Below are positions 23,484 to 36,064 of a DNA stretch of 42,363 bases, piece by piece. Within the stretch, counting starts at the first letter, position 1. Each line of letters starts with the position of its first letter. The stretch is from Octopus bimaculoides (taxonomy: Eukaryota). The translations under genes were made by a program, and so were the position numbers. Where the stretch lies: NCBI RefSeq assembly GCF_001194135.2, contig NC_068997.1, positions 39,011,334 to 39,053,696 on the forward strand, read 5' to 3'. Below the pieces are notes generated by a model. It was not told the origin of the DNA. It saw nothing but the letters and a program-made list of their open reading frames with translations, and did no database searches.

Positions 23484-24479
23484 AGTTAAACCTTACATGT
23501 TTTTTTTCAATTGACAATAAACTCATCCTGAGAAATATGAAGATTTGAGCCAATCAATGAAATCAATACTTTGCTAATTTATCAACCATTGCTGCTGCCG
23601 ATATCATTGCATTAACAACTGCACCTGCTGTTGCTGCTATTTCTGAAACAATAAGATCTGGTATCTCCATCATTGTTCTTATTTCATTTCTATTGTCTGT
23701 TACCCCGCCCACTACTGAAGGAAGCCACTGCAGTCAAAATGTGGTCGAAAATTTACCTATTTCTGTTCGCCTGTCTCTCTGTCTGAATGTCTGCATGTCT
23801 GTGCAACATGCATTTTGCTGCTTGTATTACATGCACTCTCTCTCAATCTTATTCTTCCAATCTCTATTTCGCTCTCATAGCTCTCTTTCTCTCCATTTTG
23901 ATTCTTGTACTATTTTCTCATTCGTTCTCTCACTTTCTCACTCGCACACAGCTAATATAGCTCGATATCTGCCCCCTACACACAAACACACACACACGCT
24001 CACACGTAGGCACACACACATACACCCACACGGGCTCGCACACTTTTTTGTACCTGTGTGTTTGAATAATAATAATTAGAAATATACAAATATGTGTGTG
24101 TATGTGTGAGTGTATACACAACTGGAAGAAGCAATCAACGCACAACTTATGCGCACGTGCGTATGTGTATACCGACGCGTAACCAGAAATCTTCTTGAGA
24201 GAAATAAATTCATTAAAATTAACTTTTCCATATAGTGTCAAGTGATAGAGATATCGGGTAGATAAAAAAACAAACCGATAGACTGCCTGTTCAATGAAAA
24301 ACAGTTATGTTACTTGACATTATTGCACATGAAAACGTGTAATAATGTCAAGGAGAGATTGAACCGAGTCTAAATCTCGCTTCTATCTGTACTTGACACC
24401 ATTACACATGTATTTACCGAGAGTTATTTCAGCTTACGGAGTCCAACGCCAACATCACCATCAACATCATTATTACTAC

Positions 24480-24726
24480 TGTTATAAGTAGCAACATTGC
24501 CAACACTACCGCCACCACCAATCCCTATAGCAGCAATACCAATACCACCAACAATCTCTCCACCATCACCAATAACACCACCAACTTTAAGACTTGCACC
24601 ATAACATCAACAACAGCAGCCACAAGAACACCGACAGCCCCCGATATCACTAGCACAATACCAAAACCAAAACCAATCATACCAACCACACCAACACCAC
24701 CAGCATCATCACCACCACCACCACCA
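24480..24726. repeat. Degenerate (ACC/AAC)n trinucleotide low-complexity region
   Basis: CA-rich triplet periodicity grading into (CAC)n and then (TA)n. Confidence 0.8.
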
Positions 24727-25536
24727 TATATATATATATATATATATATATACAAACAGATACATGCACACGCAAATAAATATACATACATATATTCAAG
24801 CATACATGCATAAAAACACTCACATATACACAAGTATAGATATACAAGTTATGCACATAGTCGTTTACAAATGTAAGGTTATATACATACAGTTACTCAA
24901 AATGAGTGTTCTTAGATTTACAACCAGTCAGATTCTATTAGCAATCACGTAGGCCTTAGAAATTAACTGATGTATTTGTTTCATTGAGTAGCACAATTTA
25001 AGAATTAGAAAAGCAATGAAATGTACGTTAAACGCCAACATTGCCACCAACGGCTGGAACCTTAAATATCGTCTTCGTCTTTTGTTTTTTTTTTATAAAT
25101 TCTCATTATATATATATATATATATNNNNNNNNNNNNNNNNNNNNNNNNNNNNNNNNNNNNNNNNNNNNNNNNNNNNNNNNNNNNNNNNNNNNNNNNNNN
25201 NNNNNNNNNNNNNNNNNNNNNNNNNNNNNNNNNNNNNNNNNNNNNNNNNNNNNNNNNNNNNNNNNNNNNNNNNNNNNNNNNNNNNNNNNNNNNNNNNNNN
25301 NNNNNNNNNNNNNNNNNNNNNNNNNNNNNNNNNNNNNNNNNNNNNNNNNNNNNNNNNNNNNNNNNNNNNNNNNNNNNNNNNNNNNNNNNNNNNNNNNNNN
25401 NNNNNNNNNNNNNNNNNNNNNNNNNNNNNNNNNNNNNNNNNNNNNNNNNNNNNNNNNNNNNNNNNNNNNNNNNNNNNNNNNNNNNNNNNNNNNNNNNNNN
25501 NNNNNNNNNNNNNNNNNNNNNNNNNNNNNNNNNNNN

Positions 25537-25577
<41 letters not shown>

Positions 25578-25818
25578 CATATATTACGCTCATATAGGTT
25601 TTAACCTTAGAGTTTGCTTTTTTAAGCTCGTCCATGGCTACTGGCAATCATATAGAAGAAATAAAACGGAAATCGATAGTTTTACGGATGATATATCTGA
25701 AAATTCGTAAATAGCCGTAGAGTTTATATGATTATTAAAAAGGGGAATGGAATGAGCAAATCGTTTTGTCATACAATTTTATAATTATTTCAATGATATT
25801 TTATCAGAAGAGTATTGC

Positions 25819-25819
<1 letters not shown>

Positions 25820-25902
<83 letters not shown>

Positions 25903-25920
25903 CATCATCATCATCATCAT
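25820..25920. repeat. (ATT)n(ATC)n microsatellite
   Basis: Directly visible. Confidence 0.97.
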
Positions 25921-26614
25921 ACAATATGTGTTAAAATAACTAGCATCGGCATTATAGTGATTCCGCAAAGATATTGACTGCTCTGCTCCATGCATAAAAT
26001 ACATTTGCTCGATGAACTTTCGTCCAAGATGTTTTTATCAATTCATTTGCAAATCATCGTTAAAACAAAATAAATACATAATTAACGGCAAATTCAAATT
26101 CACTGGTTTAGAAACTGGATAAAGAGAAGATAAAAGATTGACGGATTAGATAAATAAACGAACACATAAATGACAGACTACACAAAAAATAAGAGATGTT
26201 TCTATCCCCAGAATCATGCGTCTATTAATAGCTAGTGTCACCTCTGGTGTTATTATGGAAGCTGGACGCACAATTCCGTGTCTACTATGTAATTTGATAT
26301 TGCTATATGGTGACTTGATGATCGAAAGATTTCCGCCAGCGTTTACTTAAATGTGAATTGCTATTAAGATCATCTATCGTACTCTCCCACTCTCTCGGAC
26401 ACACAGATGCAGACATTTTTGTTGAGATATAACAGAGTTATTTGTTTGTTAAAATGCATTTGTTCTCAAGTAATAAATAAGTCAGTAGTATAAAGAGATT
26501 TAGAATGCCCAGAGAATTAAAAACTCATTCTCAACTGCTAACATACACACGCGCACATGTATGTATATCTGTATGTACGTATGTACATATGTATGTATTC
26601 ATGTATGTATTCAC

Positions 26615-26662
<48 letters not shown>

Positions 26663-27421
26663 NNNNNNNNNNNNNNNNNNNNNNNNNNNNNNNNNNNNNN
26701 NNNNNNNNNNNNNNNNNNNNNNNNNNNNNNNNNNNNNNNNNNNNNNNNNNNNNNNNNNNNNNNNNNNNNNNNNNNNNNNNNNNNNNNNNNNNNNNNNNNN
26801 NNNNNNNNNNNNNNNNNNNNNNNNNNNNNNNNNNNNNNNNNNNNNNNNNNNNNNNNNNNNNNNNNNNNNNNNNNNNNNGCTCTTCCGATCTGTCAATAAT
26901 GATATGAGCAAAAGCAGAGGCTGTACATATGTACGTATGTATGTATGTATGTATGTATGTATGTATATAACAAGCAAAGTAGCTAGTTAGAATATCTCTA
27001 TAAGTGATGAAAGTAGTAACTATACTGAGGAGCAATGTTTGTCGCTACACCAATATGGTTGTTCCGTAGGAACCGACGTTACCATCGACTTTGACTCCAG
27101 GGAACTCCTCCTCCAGCTGATTAACGATGCAATCTGCACCCGATATATATTGCTAGCAAGGGAGCGAACTCCTACCATCTTCCAGCTGATGACAAGATCA
27201 CCAGACAGTACGGTTTCGGGCTTTGTGCCCATTCTCAGTGATGGATAGGCACAAACAGCCCGATAAATAGATGGGCCACTATTAACACTGCTTATATATA
27301 TCTATATACATATACATACAAAGATGATAATTTTTTTTTTGCAAAATAAACACACGCACTCTATATTTTTCTTCACTCGTTTATTACTTTTCTTATTTTA
27401 TTATTTCAACTCATGTCCACT

Positions 27422-27466
27422 GTCCGGAAATCTTTCGTCACACATCTGTGACCTCTTCAGCGGTAC
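27422..27466 (-). ncRNA. Near-intact minimal type-I hammerhead ribozyme
   Basis: Minus strand GTACCG-CTGAAGA-G-GTCACA-gatg-TGTGAC-GAAA-GATTTC^CGGAC. It has the full core, a perfect 6-bp stem II, a short stem III, a UUC triplet and stem I of 3+2 bp with one bulge. Confidence 0.75.
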
Positions 27467-27549
27467 TTTTCGTTTTCGTGTGTGTTCTTGCTCCACTTAC
27501 TCCATCATCTTCTTCCAAGATGTGTATCCTTACGTGCGAATGCGTTTGT

Positions 27550-27637
27550 GTCGTTGTTTGTTGTTTGTGTGTGTGTGTGTGCGTCTGTATGTGTGTGTGC
27601 GTGTGTATGTGTGTGTGCGTGTGTATGTGTGTGTGTG

Positions 27638-27684
<47 letters not shown>

Positions 27685-27712
27685 GCATGTGTGTGCATGC
27701 TTGTGCGTGTGT
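27550..27712. repeat. Interrupted (GT)n microsatellite
   Basis: Directly visible. Confidence 0.95.
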
Positions 27713-28470
27713 CATAGATTTTNNNNNNNNNNNNNNNNNNNNNNNNNNNNNNNNNNNNNNNNNNNNNNNNNNNNNNNNNNNNNNNNNNNNNNNNNNNNNN
27801 NNNNNNNNNNNNNNNNNNNNNNNNNNNNNNNNNNNNNNNNNNNNNNNNNNNNNNNNNNNNNNNNNNNNNNNNNNNNNNNNNNNNNNNNNNNNNNNNNNNN
27901 NNNNNNNNNNNNNNNNNNNNNNNNNNNNNNNNNNNNNNNNNNNNNNNNNNNNNNNNNNNNNNNNNNNNNNNNNNNNNNNNNNNNNNNNNNNNNNNNNNNN
28001 NNNNNNNNNNNNNNNNNNNNNNNNNNNNNNNNNNNNNNNNNNNNNNNNNNNNNNNNNNNNNNNNNNNNNNNNNNNNNNNNNNNNNNNNNNNNNNNNNNNN
28101 NNNNNNNNNNNNNNNNNNNNNNNNNNNNNNNNNNNNNNNNNNNNNNNNNNNNNNNNNNNNNNNNNNNNNNNNNNNNNNNNNNNNNNNNNNNNNNNNNNNN
28201 NNNNNNNNNNNNNNNNNNNNNNNNNNNNNNNNNNNNNNNNNNNNNNNNNNNNNNNNNNNNNNNNNNNNNNNNNNNNNNNNNNNNNNNNNNNNNNNNNNNN
28301 NNNNNNNNNNNNNNNNNNNNNNNNNNNNNNNNNNNNNNNNNNNNNNNNNNNNNNNNNNNNNNNNNNNNNNNNNNNNNNNNNNNNNNNNNNNNNNNNNNNN
28401 NNNNNNNNNNNNNNNNNNNNNNNNNNNNNNNNNNNNNNNNNNNNNNNNNNNNNNNNNNNNNNNNNNNNNN

Positions 28471-29714
28471 GGGTGTCCCGAAAAATGTATACACACTTTA
28501 AATACTTGTAAAGTAGATGGTTATTAAAATGCATTTAATTTTCGAAATTTAATAGAATCTGCAGACATTATTTTATTGTTTGTCAACGCCTGTTTTCAAA
28601 CTGACGTCCGTTTTGGTCCAGGCGCTGCTGACAACGTGAAGCAATGAAATCGCAAACATCACGAAACAATTCGATTGGTATTTGTGTGCACTCTCGTGCA
28701 TTGGCTGCTCTCTAATCAGCGACTGTTGCAGGTTTCATAGCGTAGATTTTGTCTTCTAGGTATCTCCATAAAGAAAAGTTCTAGTAGTGTGAGGTCTGGT
28801 GAACGCGAGGGTATCCAACGAAACCCTTTCGTCCAATCCACCTGTTTGGCAAGATCTCATCAAGAAAGGGTCTAGCATCACAATGGTAGTGTTGGGGTGC
28901 CCCATCTTGCTGAAAATAAAACTCGTCATGTTCAATGTCTCTAGTGCTTGGCATGACAGACTGTTGCAGCAAGAAACGGGGCCAGTCACAGTAGCGTCAA
29001 AAAGAATGGTCCAATTAATCCTCTTGGTGATAAACCACACCACACTAACTCCTGGTAAATTAACATGGTGTTCTACCATCACATGCGGATTTTCAAGTTC
29101 CCAGTAGGTGCAATTGTGGCGGTTAATTGAACCATTTAATTTGAATGTGGCCTCATCACTTCACACAATCTTTGTTGGAAAGTGTGCATCTTCTACACAT
29201 CGTGCCAAGTACCACTCGCAATACTGCACTCTTCGTCATTAATAGCATGGACTAATCTTGGAACGTAACTCTTCCATTGACAACGCTTCAAAATACGTTG
29301 GACTGACGATTTTGAAATACCTACCTCACGACTTGCTTGCCGCACAGATTTTCTTGGAATTTGGTGATACGTTTCCAGCACTCCTTCTTGCTTTGTGGAG
29401 GTTGTCGATGTTCGTGGACTTCCAGGGCGCTTCTCGTGGATATTTTGAACAGTTCCATCGGTTTCAAACTTATCTCTAATTCGACTGATGGTAAGTCGCG
29501 TTGGTGGATCTGTTTGAAACTCCCTCCTAAACTGTCTTTGCACTTTAACTGTGTTTTTATACTCCCAGTAGCATCTTAGAATGGATTTCCTTTGTTCAAA
29601 GCTTAGTCTGACTGCCATCATTAATTCCATTGGGTTTAATCTGGGAAGAAAAAAAAAATTATCAATTGAGTTATCAGCTGCTAAAGTGTATATACACTTT
29701 TTGAGGACACCATG
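28471..29714 (-). mobile_element. Tc1/mariner DD41D (rosa/VS-type) DNA transposon, near full length, inactive
   Basis: TIRs are GGGTGTCCCGAAAAATGTATACACACTTTA (28471; first bases lost in the gap) and TAAAGTGTATATACACTTTTTGAGGACACCATG (to 29714), followed by TA. The decayed transposase lies between them. Confidence 0.9.
28583..29618 (-). pseudogene. DD41D transposase pseudogene
   Basis: [14 protein letters not shown]...[20 protein letters not shown] (N-terminal HTH), FYFQQDGAP...RWIGRKG...RSPDLT.L(D). After repairing two single-base frameshifts I count 41 residues between the second and third D. Confidence 0.85.
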
Positions 29715-30571
29715 TATACTCATGTAAAAGACGAACTTTTTAGACCGTTTTTTAAGGTCAAATTTATGGTGTCAACATGAATACTAGAATCCGAAGTACC
29801 ATATTAGCAGCAGAATCCCAATTGATCTCTAAACAAATAAAAACAAAAAACACAATGTATTACAATAATATTAACAATTCTATGCATCAAAACATGTTCT
29901 AGTAAATGACAAAACCCATAAGTAAGACCGCGTAGCTCTTATACACTTCCTCTTTTTTTGTATTCATCAAATTAGCCGAGTGAAACCAATTTATATCTCA
30001 TAATTATGTTATATTACCACCGGTAACATATCTACCCGGTACCGGCATGTCATTGCCTACCGTAATACGGTGCACACAGCTGATACCTACTCGGCGTGTT
30101 TCACATCATAACGCTTCAATAACATTACACTATTTTCATATTCATGGTTATCAAAGTTACATTCATCATAAGTGTGTGGCACAGTGTATTAGTGGTGCAT
30201 TTTTATTTCTGATTAATTAAATGGAACTTAATGTTTTAAATACCAAAATTGATGAAAGAAGTAGAAGCACAACACCACTTTCCCACCACCACCAGTCTCC
30301 ATCGAAAACGTTTTCTTCTTCGTGGTTGGATTATAGACTACCATAGCAATTTCTTTGTTGCATTTTTATTTTTTATATATCCAGAGAAGCTAAATGCACA
30401 AAATCTAAAACAAATATCAGAATAATTAATAATGTCCATAAAAACCAATAAATTATCAATTTTTAAAAATTTATGCAAACAAAAAGTGAAGTAGAAATTT
30501 ACGGTAATACAGCTTTAAATTACACTTACGGTACGTGGTACATCTTAAACATTTTGCACACAAAAGTTCAT

Positions 30572-30790
30572 TAAAATCCTAAAAGAATCACGCTGTTCAT
30601 CATCTTCAGCACTGAATAAAGTTTCATAATCATCAGAATGAATGATATCATCGTAAGGATTCTCCTCATCTTCATCTTCGCTGTCCATAGTTAGAGGTAG
30701 CACATCATCCACTTCGTCATCCATGTCATCCTATAGACATTCGTCTGCTGCACCATCAATATGCATTCGAAATTCCTAATTTCATAGTGG
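30572..30790 (-). mobile_element. pogo-like transposase C-terminal relic
   Basis: Minus strand GISNA(fs)IDGAADECL*DDMDDE...NPYDD...LFSAEDDEQ.DSF. This matches the acidic pogo/Tigger-type C-terminus GISNALDG.EDD.LW...F.GF. Confidence 0.55.
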
Positions 30791-32303
30791 TGTTTGCTGT
30801 TGTTCGCCGATAGTACTGTCTGTGAAACACGTTTCTCACCGTGTAAACAGACGAGCGTATGACACATGTGTTTGTTGTATTTTGAGATGAGGAAAATATA
30901 AAGGTCGCGTGGGAACCAGTGATCTAGCGATTAATCGGATGCTTTTTGGCTTACCAGAGTCATGTATTTGTACGAATTCAGACAGTACTGTTTGCCAGTG
31001 TTCGCCAGTAATCTGTGAAACATATTTCTCTCAATGTAAACAATGTATGTATGACACGTGTGTTTATTGTGCATGAAGATGTATGCAAGCTTGCAGCATA
31101 TCCTGTGCATACATTTTAGTAATGGTGATATAGCACCGACCAACAGATGTGTAGTGCTCGCTATATATATATATATATACTCTGAAAATAATAAGGATTG
31201 AAAATTTAGAAAAATTTTCATACTGAAGAAGTACGGATGGCAAATTGATTTATTTTGCACATTGATACAGAAACTCGAGTTTGAGGGTAACTACAAAAAT
31301 CTTTTTTATTTTCATTCCCTTTGAAATTGCTCTTATTCGTGGTTTGGGCTTTAACTGCCCTTTCTATCATATAAGGTGTCCTGTCAAAGGTCACCCCTTT
31401 CGTGTATAAATACGTAATTTGTTTATGCACTATTATATATATATATATATATATATNNNNNNNNNNNNNNNNNNNNNNNNNNNNNNNNNNNNNNNNNNNN
31501 NNNNNNNNNNNNNNNNNNNNNNNNNNNNNNNNNNNNNNNNNNNNNNNNNNNNNNNNNNNNNNNNNNNNNNNNNNNNNNNNNNNNNNNNNNNNNNNNNNNN
31601 NNNNNNNNNNNNNNNNNNNNNNNNNNNNNNNNNNNNNNNNNNNNNNNNNNNNNNNNNNNNNNNNNNNNNNNNNNNNNNNNNNNNNNNNNNNNNNNNNNNN
31701 NNNNNNNNNNNNNNNNNNNNNNNNNNNNNNNNNNNNNNNNNNNNNNNNNNNNNNNNNNNNNNNNNNNNNNNNNNNNNNNNNNNNNNNNNNNNNNNNNNNN
31801 NNNNNNNNNNNNNNNNNNNNNNNNNNNNNNNNNNNNNNNNNNNNNNNNNNNNNNNNNNNNNNNNNNNNNNNNNNNNNNNNNNNNNNNNNNNNNNNNNNNN
31901 NNNNNNNNNNNNNNNNNNNNNNNNNNNNNNNNNNNNNNNNNNNNNNNNNNNNNNNNNNNNNNNNNNNNNNNNNNNNNNNNNNNNNNNNNNNNNNNNNNNN
32001 NNNNNNNNNNNNNNNNNNNNNNNNNNNNNNNNNNNNNNNNNNNNNNNNNNNNNNNNNNNNNNNNNNNNNNNNNNNNNNNNNNNNNNNNNNNNNNNNNNNN
32101 NNNNNNNNNNNNNNNNNNNNNNNNNNNNNNNNNNNNNNNNNNNNNNNNNNNNNNNNNNNNNNNNNNNNNNNNNNNNNNNNNNNNNNNNNNNNNNNNNNNN
32201 NNNNNNNNNNNNNNNNNNNNNNNNNNNNNNNNNNNNNNNNNNNNNNNNNNNNNNNNNNNNNNNNNNNNNNNNNNNNNNNNNNNNNNNNNNNNNNNNNNNN
32301 NNN

Positions 32304-32304
<1 letters not shown>

Positions 32305-32370
<66 letters not shown>
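32305..32370. repeat. (ATT)n microsatellite
   Basis: Directly visible after the gap. Confidence 0.95.
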
Positions 32371-32371
<1 letters not shown>

Positions 32372-32431
32372 CGCTGGATGAAATGCTTAGCGGTATTTCG
32401 TCTGTTGCTATGTTCTAAGTTCAAATTCCGC
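32371..32431 (+). mobile_element. SINE family B head fragment
   Basis: GAAATGCTTAGCGGTATTTCGTCTGTTGCTATGTTCTAAGTTCAAATTCCGC. Confidence 0.75.
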
Positions 32432-32649
32432 TTGTATTGTGTGTTGAGTGTGAGTGTGTAATGTGTTGGTTATGTGGATTGCTGGGAAGTTATTTCACTG
32501 GATAATTGCTGTATAGAGTGTCTTGTATTTGTGGGTTGTTTTGATTAGGCTGTATTATTCAATTGATAATTTCTTGCATAGGATGTGGGCTATGTTTTGG
32601 ATAGTGTGTAGTGTTGAGGATTCAGGTACAGCTTTTACGGTTTTGTTCG

Positions 32650-33890
32650 TACACGTTGACTCAAAGTCTCACATAGAAACCTCAAGAGACAAGTTAGAAG
32701 TTCAAGTTGGTATTATGACTAGGGCACCAACTTTTGGGCTTTGCTCAGAGTATTGTTCTAGAGAGTGTCTGTCAAAACAACAGAAAATTAAAAGTTTGTT
32801 TTACAAATAATCGGATGGTAAGATGATAGTGTGATCTTAAGATGGCAGTAAAAGGCGTTCGCTCTTCTGTACATTTAAAAGTACTGTTGATAATGTTCAC
32901 AGATTAAAATGTTTTGGGAATTACATAGACAATATTTTTCTTAGGATACTAGTAGTTCTCATGAGCACTATTTTATGAATTTCTTCCATTTTTGGAGTCC
33001 CTGGTATCTGAAACAGGGAACAATCAGTCCCTTTTGCTATCATCCCTAGCGCGCCTATGACAGCAAGTATTGTTCTAATCTTCGGGTTCCCCGTTTACCA
33101 ATTTCTATTTCAAGATCTTTATATTTGTTCAGTTTTTGGTAAGTCTTGACAGATATATTTATGTCGATTGGGACAACCATGTCGATGAGGAGACACAATT
33201 TTTGTCTGAAATCTTTCAGTATAATGTCTGGCCTATTTGCATTGATCTTTCTATCAGTTTGAACTGTAAAGTCCCAAAGGAATGAGATGTGATCATTTTC
33301 AGGCACAGGGGGTGGTTTGTGTTCCGTTCCCACGAGTTTTTATCATGGGGCAGGTCCAGGCCCTTACAGATTACCCAGCTAATATACAGTATCATGCCTG
33401 TTGAGATACTCTGTGGGCGCAAGAAGGCTGCACATGGAGACAATATGATTGATGATTTCTGCCTGTTGTTTACATACACATATTGTGCTACTGCCGTTCT
33501 TTAAGATATTGGCCTTGTAGCTTCTAGTAGGTATGCATTGATCCTGGGCTGCTGTAATAACCGCTTCTGTCTGTGATTTTAAGTCAGAGGATGCCAACCA
33601 TTGATGAGCAAAGGTTTTGTCAAGATCAGCATTATTAGCTTCTTTTGCGTATTTACCATTGAGAGGTTTTTCTTGCCATTTATTTTCGAGAATTTTTAGG
33701 ACGGCAGTTTTAGCTAGGGATTTTATACGTTTAGCTTTTTCTGTGCTTGTTTCCAGTAGATCTAATTCTGGGACTTGCTGTATTTGGAACTCACTTAGAT
33801 ATTTCCTTGCCTGGTTTGTTACTGCATCCCATTCACTGTCAACGATTTTCGAATTTTTTTCAATCAAGCTTATATATTTCAGTAATTGAC
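32650..33890 (-). mobile_element. R4/Dong-like LINE 3' end (zinc-knuckle region, restriction-like endonuclease, 3' UTR)
   Basis: KWQEKPLNGKY...QWLASSDLKSQTEAVITAAQDQ...HIVSMC..LAPTEYLNRHD; LWDFTVQTDRKINANRPDIILKD...LLIDMVVP...KYKDLEIEI (PD..D RLE); VIGALGMI...ILRKILSM* with the stop at 32921-32923. The 3' boundary is approximate. Confidence 0.88.
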
Positions 33891-34821
33891 CAATTAATAT
33901 TGAAAAATATAAGTAACGGCCGGTATGACTAAAGTATTAATCGCTTCGATTTTATTATTTCGTTTATTATCGTTATCATTATTACTTTTTGTTATTGTTA
34001 CCATTCTCCTCCTCCACCTTGACTTGACTTGATTTGAACTTCGATATCCTCATTTGCATTTTTATTTTATTTTTTGATTAAAATATAATCAACCATATTA
34101 GTATCAGTGCTATGATTTCCATTTTTTCTCGCATTCGCATATTTATAATCGTAATTAGTACCACCGCTACACATTCTCTAGGATAACAATATCCTTCACA
34201 AGGTACAGTCAGAAGTGTTACTTTTTCATTACAAGAAACAGTATTGCTATTATTTATGTCTTGGTTATTGCCTACCACTTATTACTTTCATTGGTTAATT
34301 TCTCTATTCTAAATACCATTCCTTGAAGATCAGGGAAAATTCATAGAATTTGACTTCCCATATATANNNNNNNNNNNNNNNNNNNNNNNNNNNNNNNNNN
34401 NNNNNNNNNNNNNNNNNNNNNNNNNNNNNNNNNNNNNNNNNNNNNNNNNNNNNNNNNNNNNNNNNNNNNNNNNNNNNNNNNNNNNNNNNNNNNNNNNNNN
34501 NNNNNNNNNNNNNNNNNNNNNNNNNNNNNNNNNNNNNNNNNNNNNNNNNNNNNNNNNNNNNNNNNNNNNNNNNNNNNNNNNNNNNNNNNNNNNNNNNNNN
34601 NNNNNNNNNNNNNNNNNNNNNNNNNNNNNNNNNNNNNNNNNNNNNNNNNNNNNNNNNNNNNNNNNNNNNNNNNNNNNNNNNNNNNNNNNNNNNNNATATA
34701 TATTCGATTGTGAATTAAAAGCAGCTTTAGTCTTGTAAACGTTATCGACCGCACATGCTGAATGTATGTATTTTACCGTACTGTACTGGCGAACAAGCAA
34801 AACTTATTATGTGCAGTCGAT

Positions 34822-34869
<48 letters not shown>

Positions 34870-35458
34870 TGTAGCCGTATTCGTAAATAATTCGTAAATA
34901 ATTCGTAATTTTAGGAATATTCGCTGAGCACTTTTGGCGAAAACTAACACGTTAAGATTTTGGCGTATTCTGTGGCGTACTTGTGTGTCTTATGGATAAA
35001 CTTATTCCCGGGAAATTAACTCCATGCTGAGTGTTTTGTATTTGTGATTATTTACGAGACTGTTTCACTTACTTGGATATATAAGAGTCCGTTTTCCAGC
35101 CCTCTTCTATAAAACCCCAGTGATTGCTTGTCACAAAAGGATTGTTTTTCTTTACGCGTTCTCATGATAAATATAATTCTCGAAACAGAATGTTCTCTAT
35201 CGGAAGCTAATATCACGCGTATTTTCTTTACATCATATGTAAAACTTTAACTCTTCCCGACTCTTCTCTCACTCTATAGACATCAATGCCCAAAATGTAT
35301 CAATATTTTATGAGTATATATTAAGCAAATCTGGTAAAAAATACCTCGTTAGAACTAGTGATAGTTTATTTTATATACTAAATGTGTCCTATTATATTCA
35401 TCTCCCCATAGAGTTATGCACATTTATGTACATTGATATAACCATGCAAATATATTTG

Positions 35459-35461
<3 letters not shown>

Positions 35462-35536
<75 letters not shown>
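35462..35536. repeat. (CA)n microsatellite within a compound CA/TA/GT/CT block (35462-36250)
   Basis: Directly visible. Confidence 0.97.
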
Positions 35537-35553
<17 letters not shown>

Positions 35554-35994
35554 TTATTTGTGTGTGTGTGTACGTATGTGTATGTGTGTGTATGCGTGTG
35601 TGTGTGTTTACATATATATGTATGCATATACATTTATATATATACATATATATACTTATGCACATACATTTAATATACATTAAAAAGTATAGTAAAAGAA
35701 TATCAATACTAGTTTAATAAGTTAATTTCCTACATCCTTGTCAATAATACAATATTGGTGCGTCTCTGTGCAACGGTTGCATAAAACTATCACAGAGCCT
35801 ATAACATAATGAATTGTAAAGAATAGTTTCGGTGGCGGATTTTATAAGGAAAAATAAGTGTGAAGGATCAAGATGTATAATACTTAACACATATCAGGTT
35901 TATAAATAAAGAGGTAATTAGCATGGTAGTGTCAAATCGCTATATCTATATCTTTATATATAAACATACATATACTCACCTCTCTCTCTTTCTT

Positions 35995-36064
<70 letters not shown>

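Noticed and set aside
26306-26336. CTTGATGA-TC-GAAAGATTTC-CGCC, which shares GAAAGATTTCCG with the 27422 ribozyme
   Set aside because: Stem II is absent and the core has an insertion. It is noted only as a hint that GAAAGATTTC may be a family consensus.
27075-27135. Minus-strand peptide NQLEEEFPGVKVDG, reminiscent of SelW/Rdx proteins or an RT segment
   Set aside because: It is flanked by stops, with no CxxU/CxxC motif, no YADD and no convincing splice sites.
30058-30506. TACCGTAA...TTTACGGTA as a pogo-type MITE
   Set aside because: Only 8 bp of inverted match, and the interiors do not extend it.
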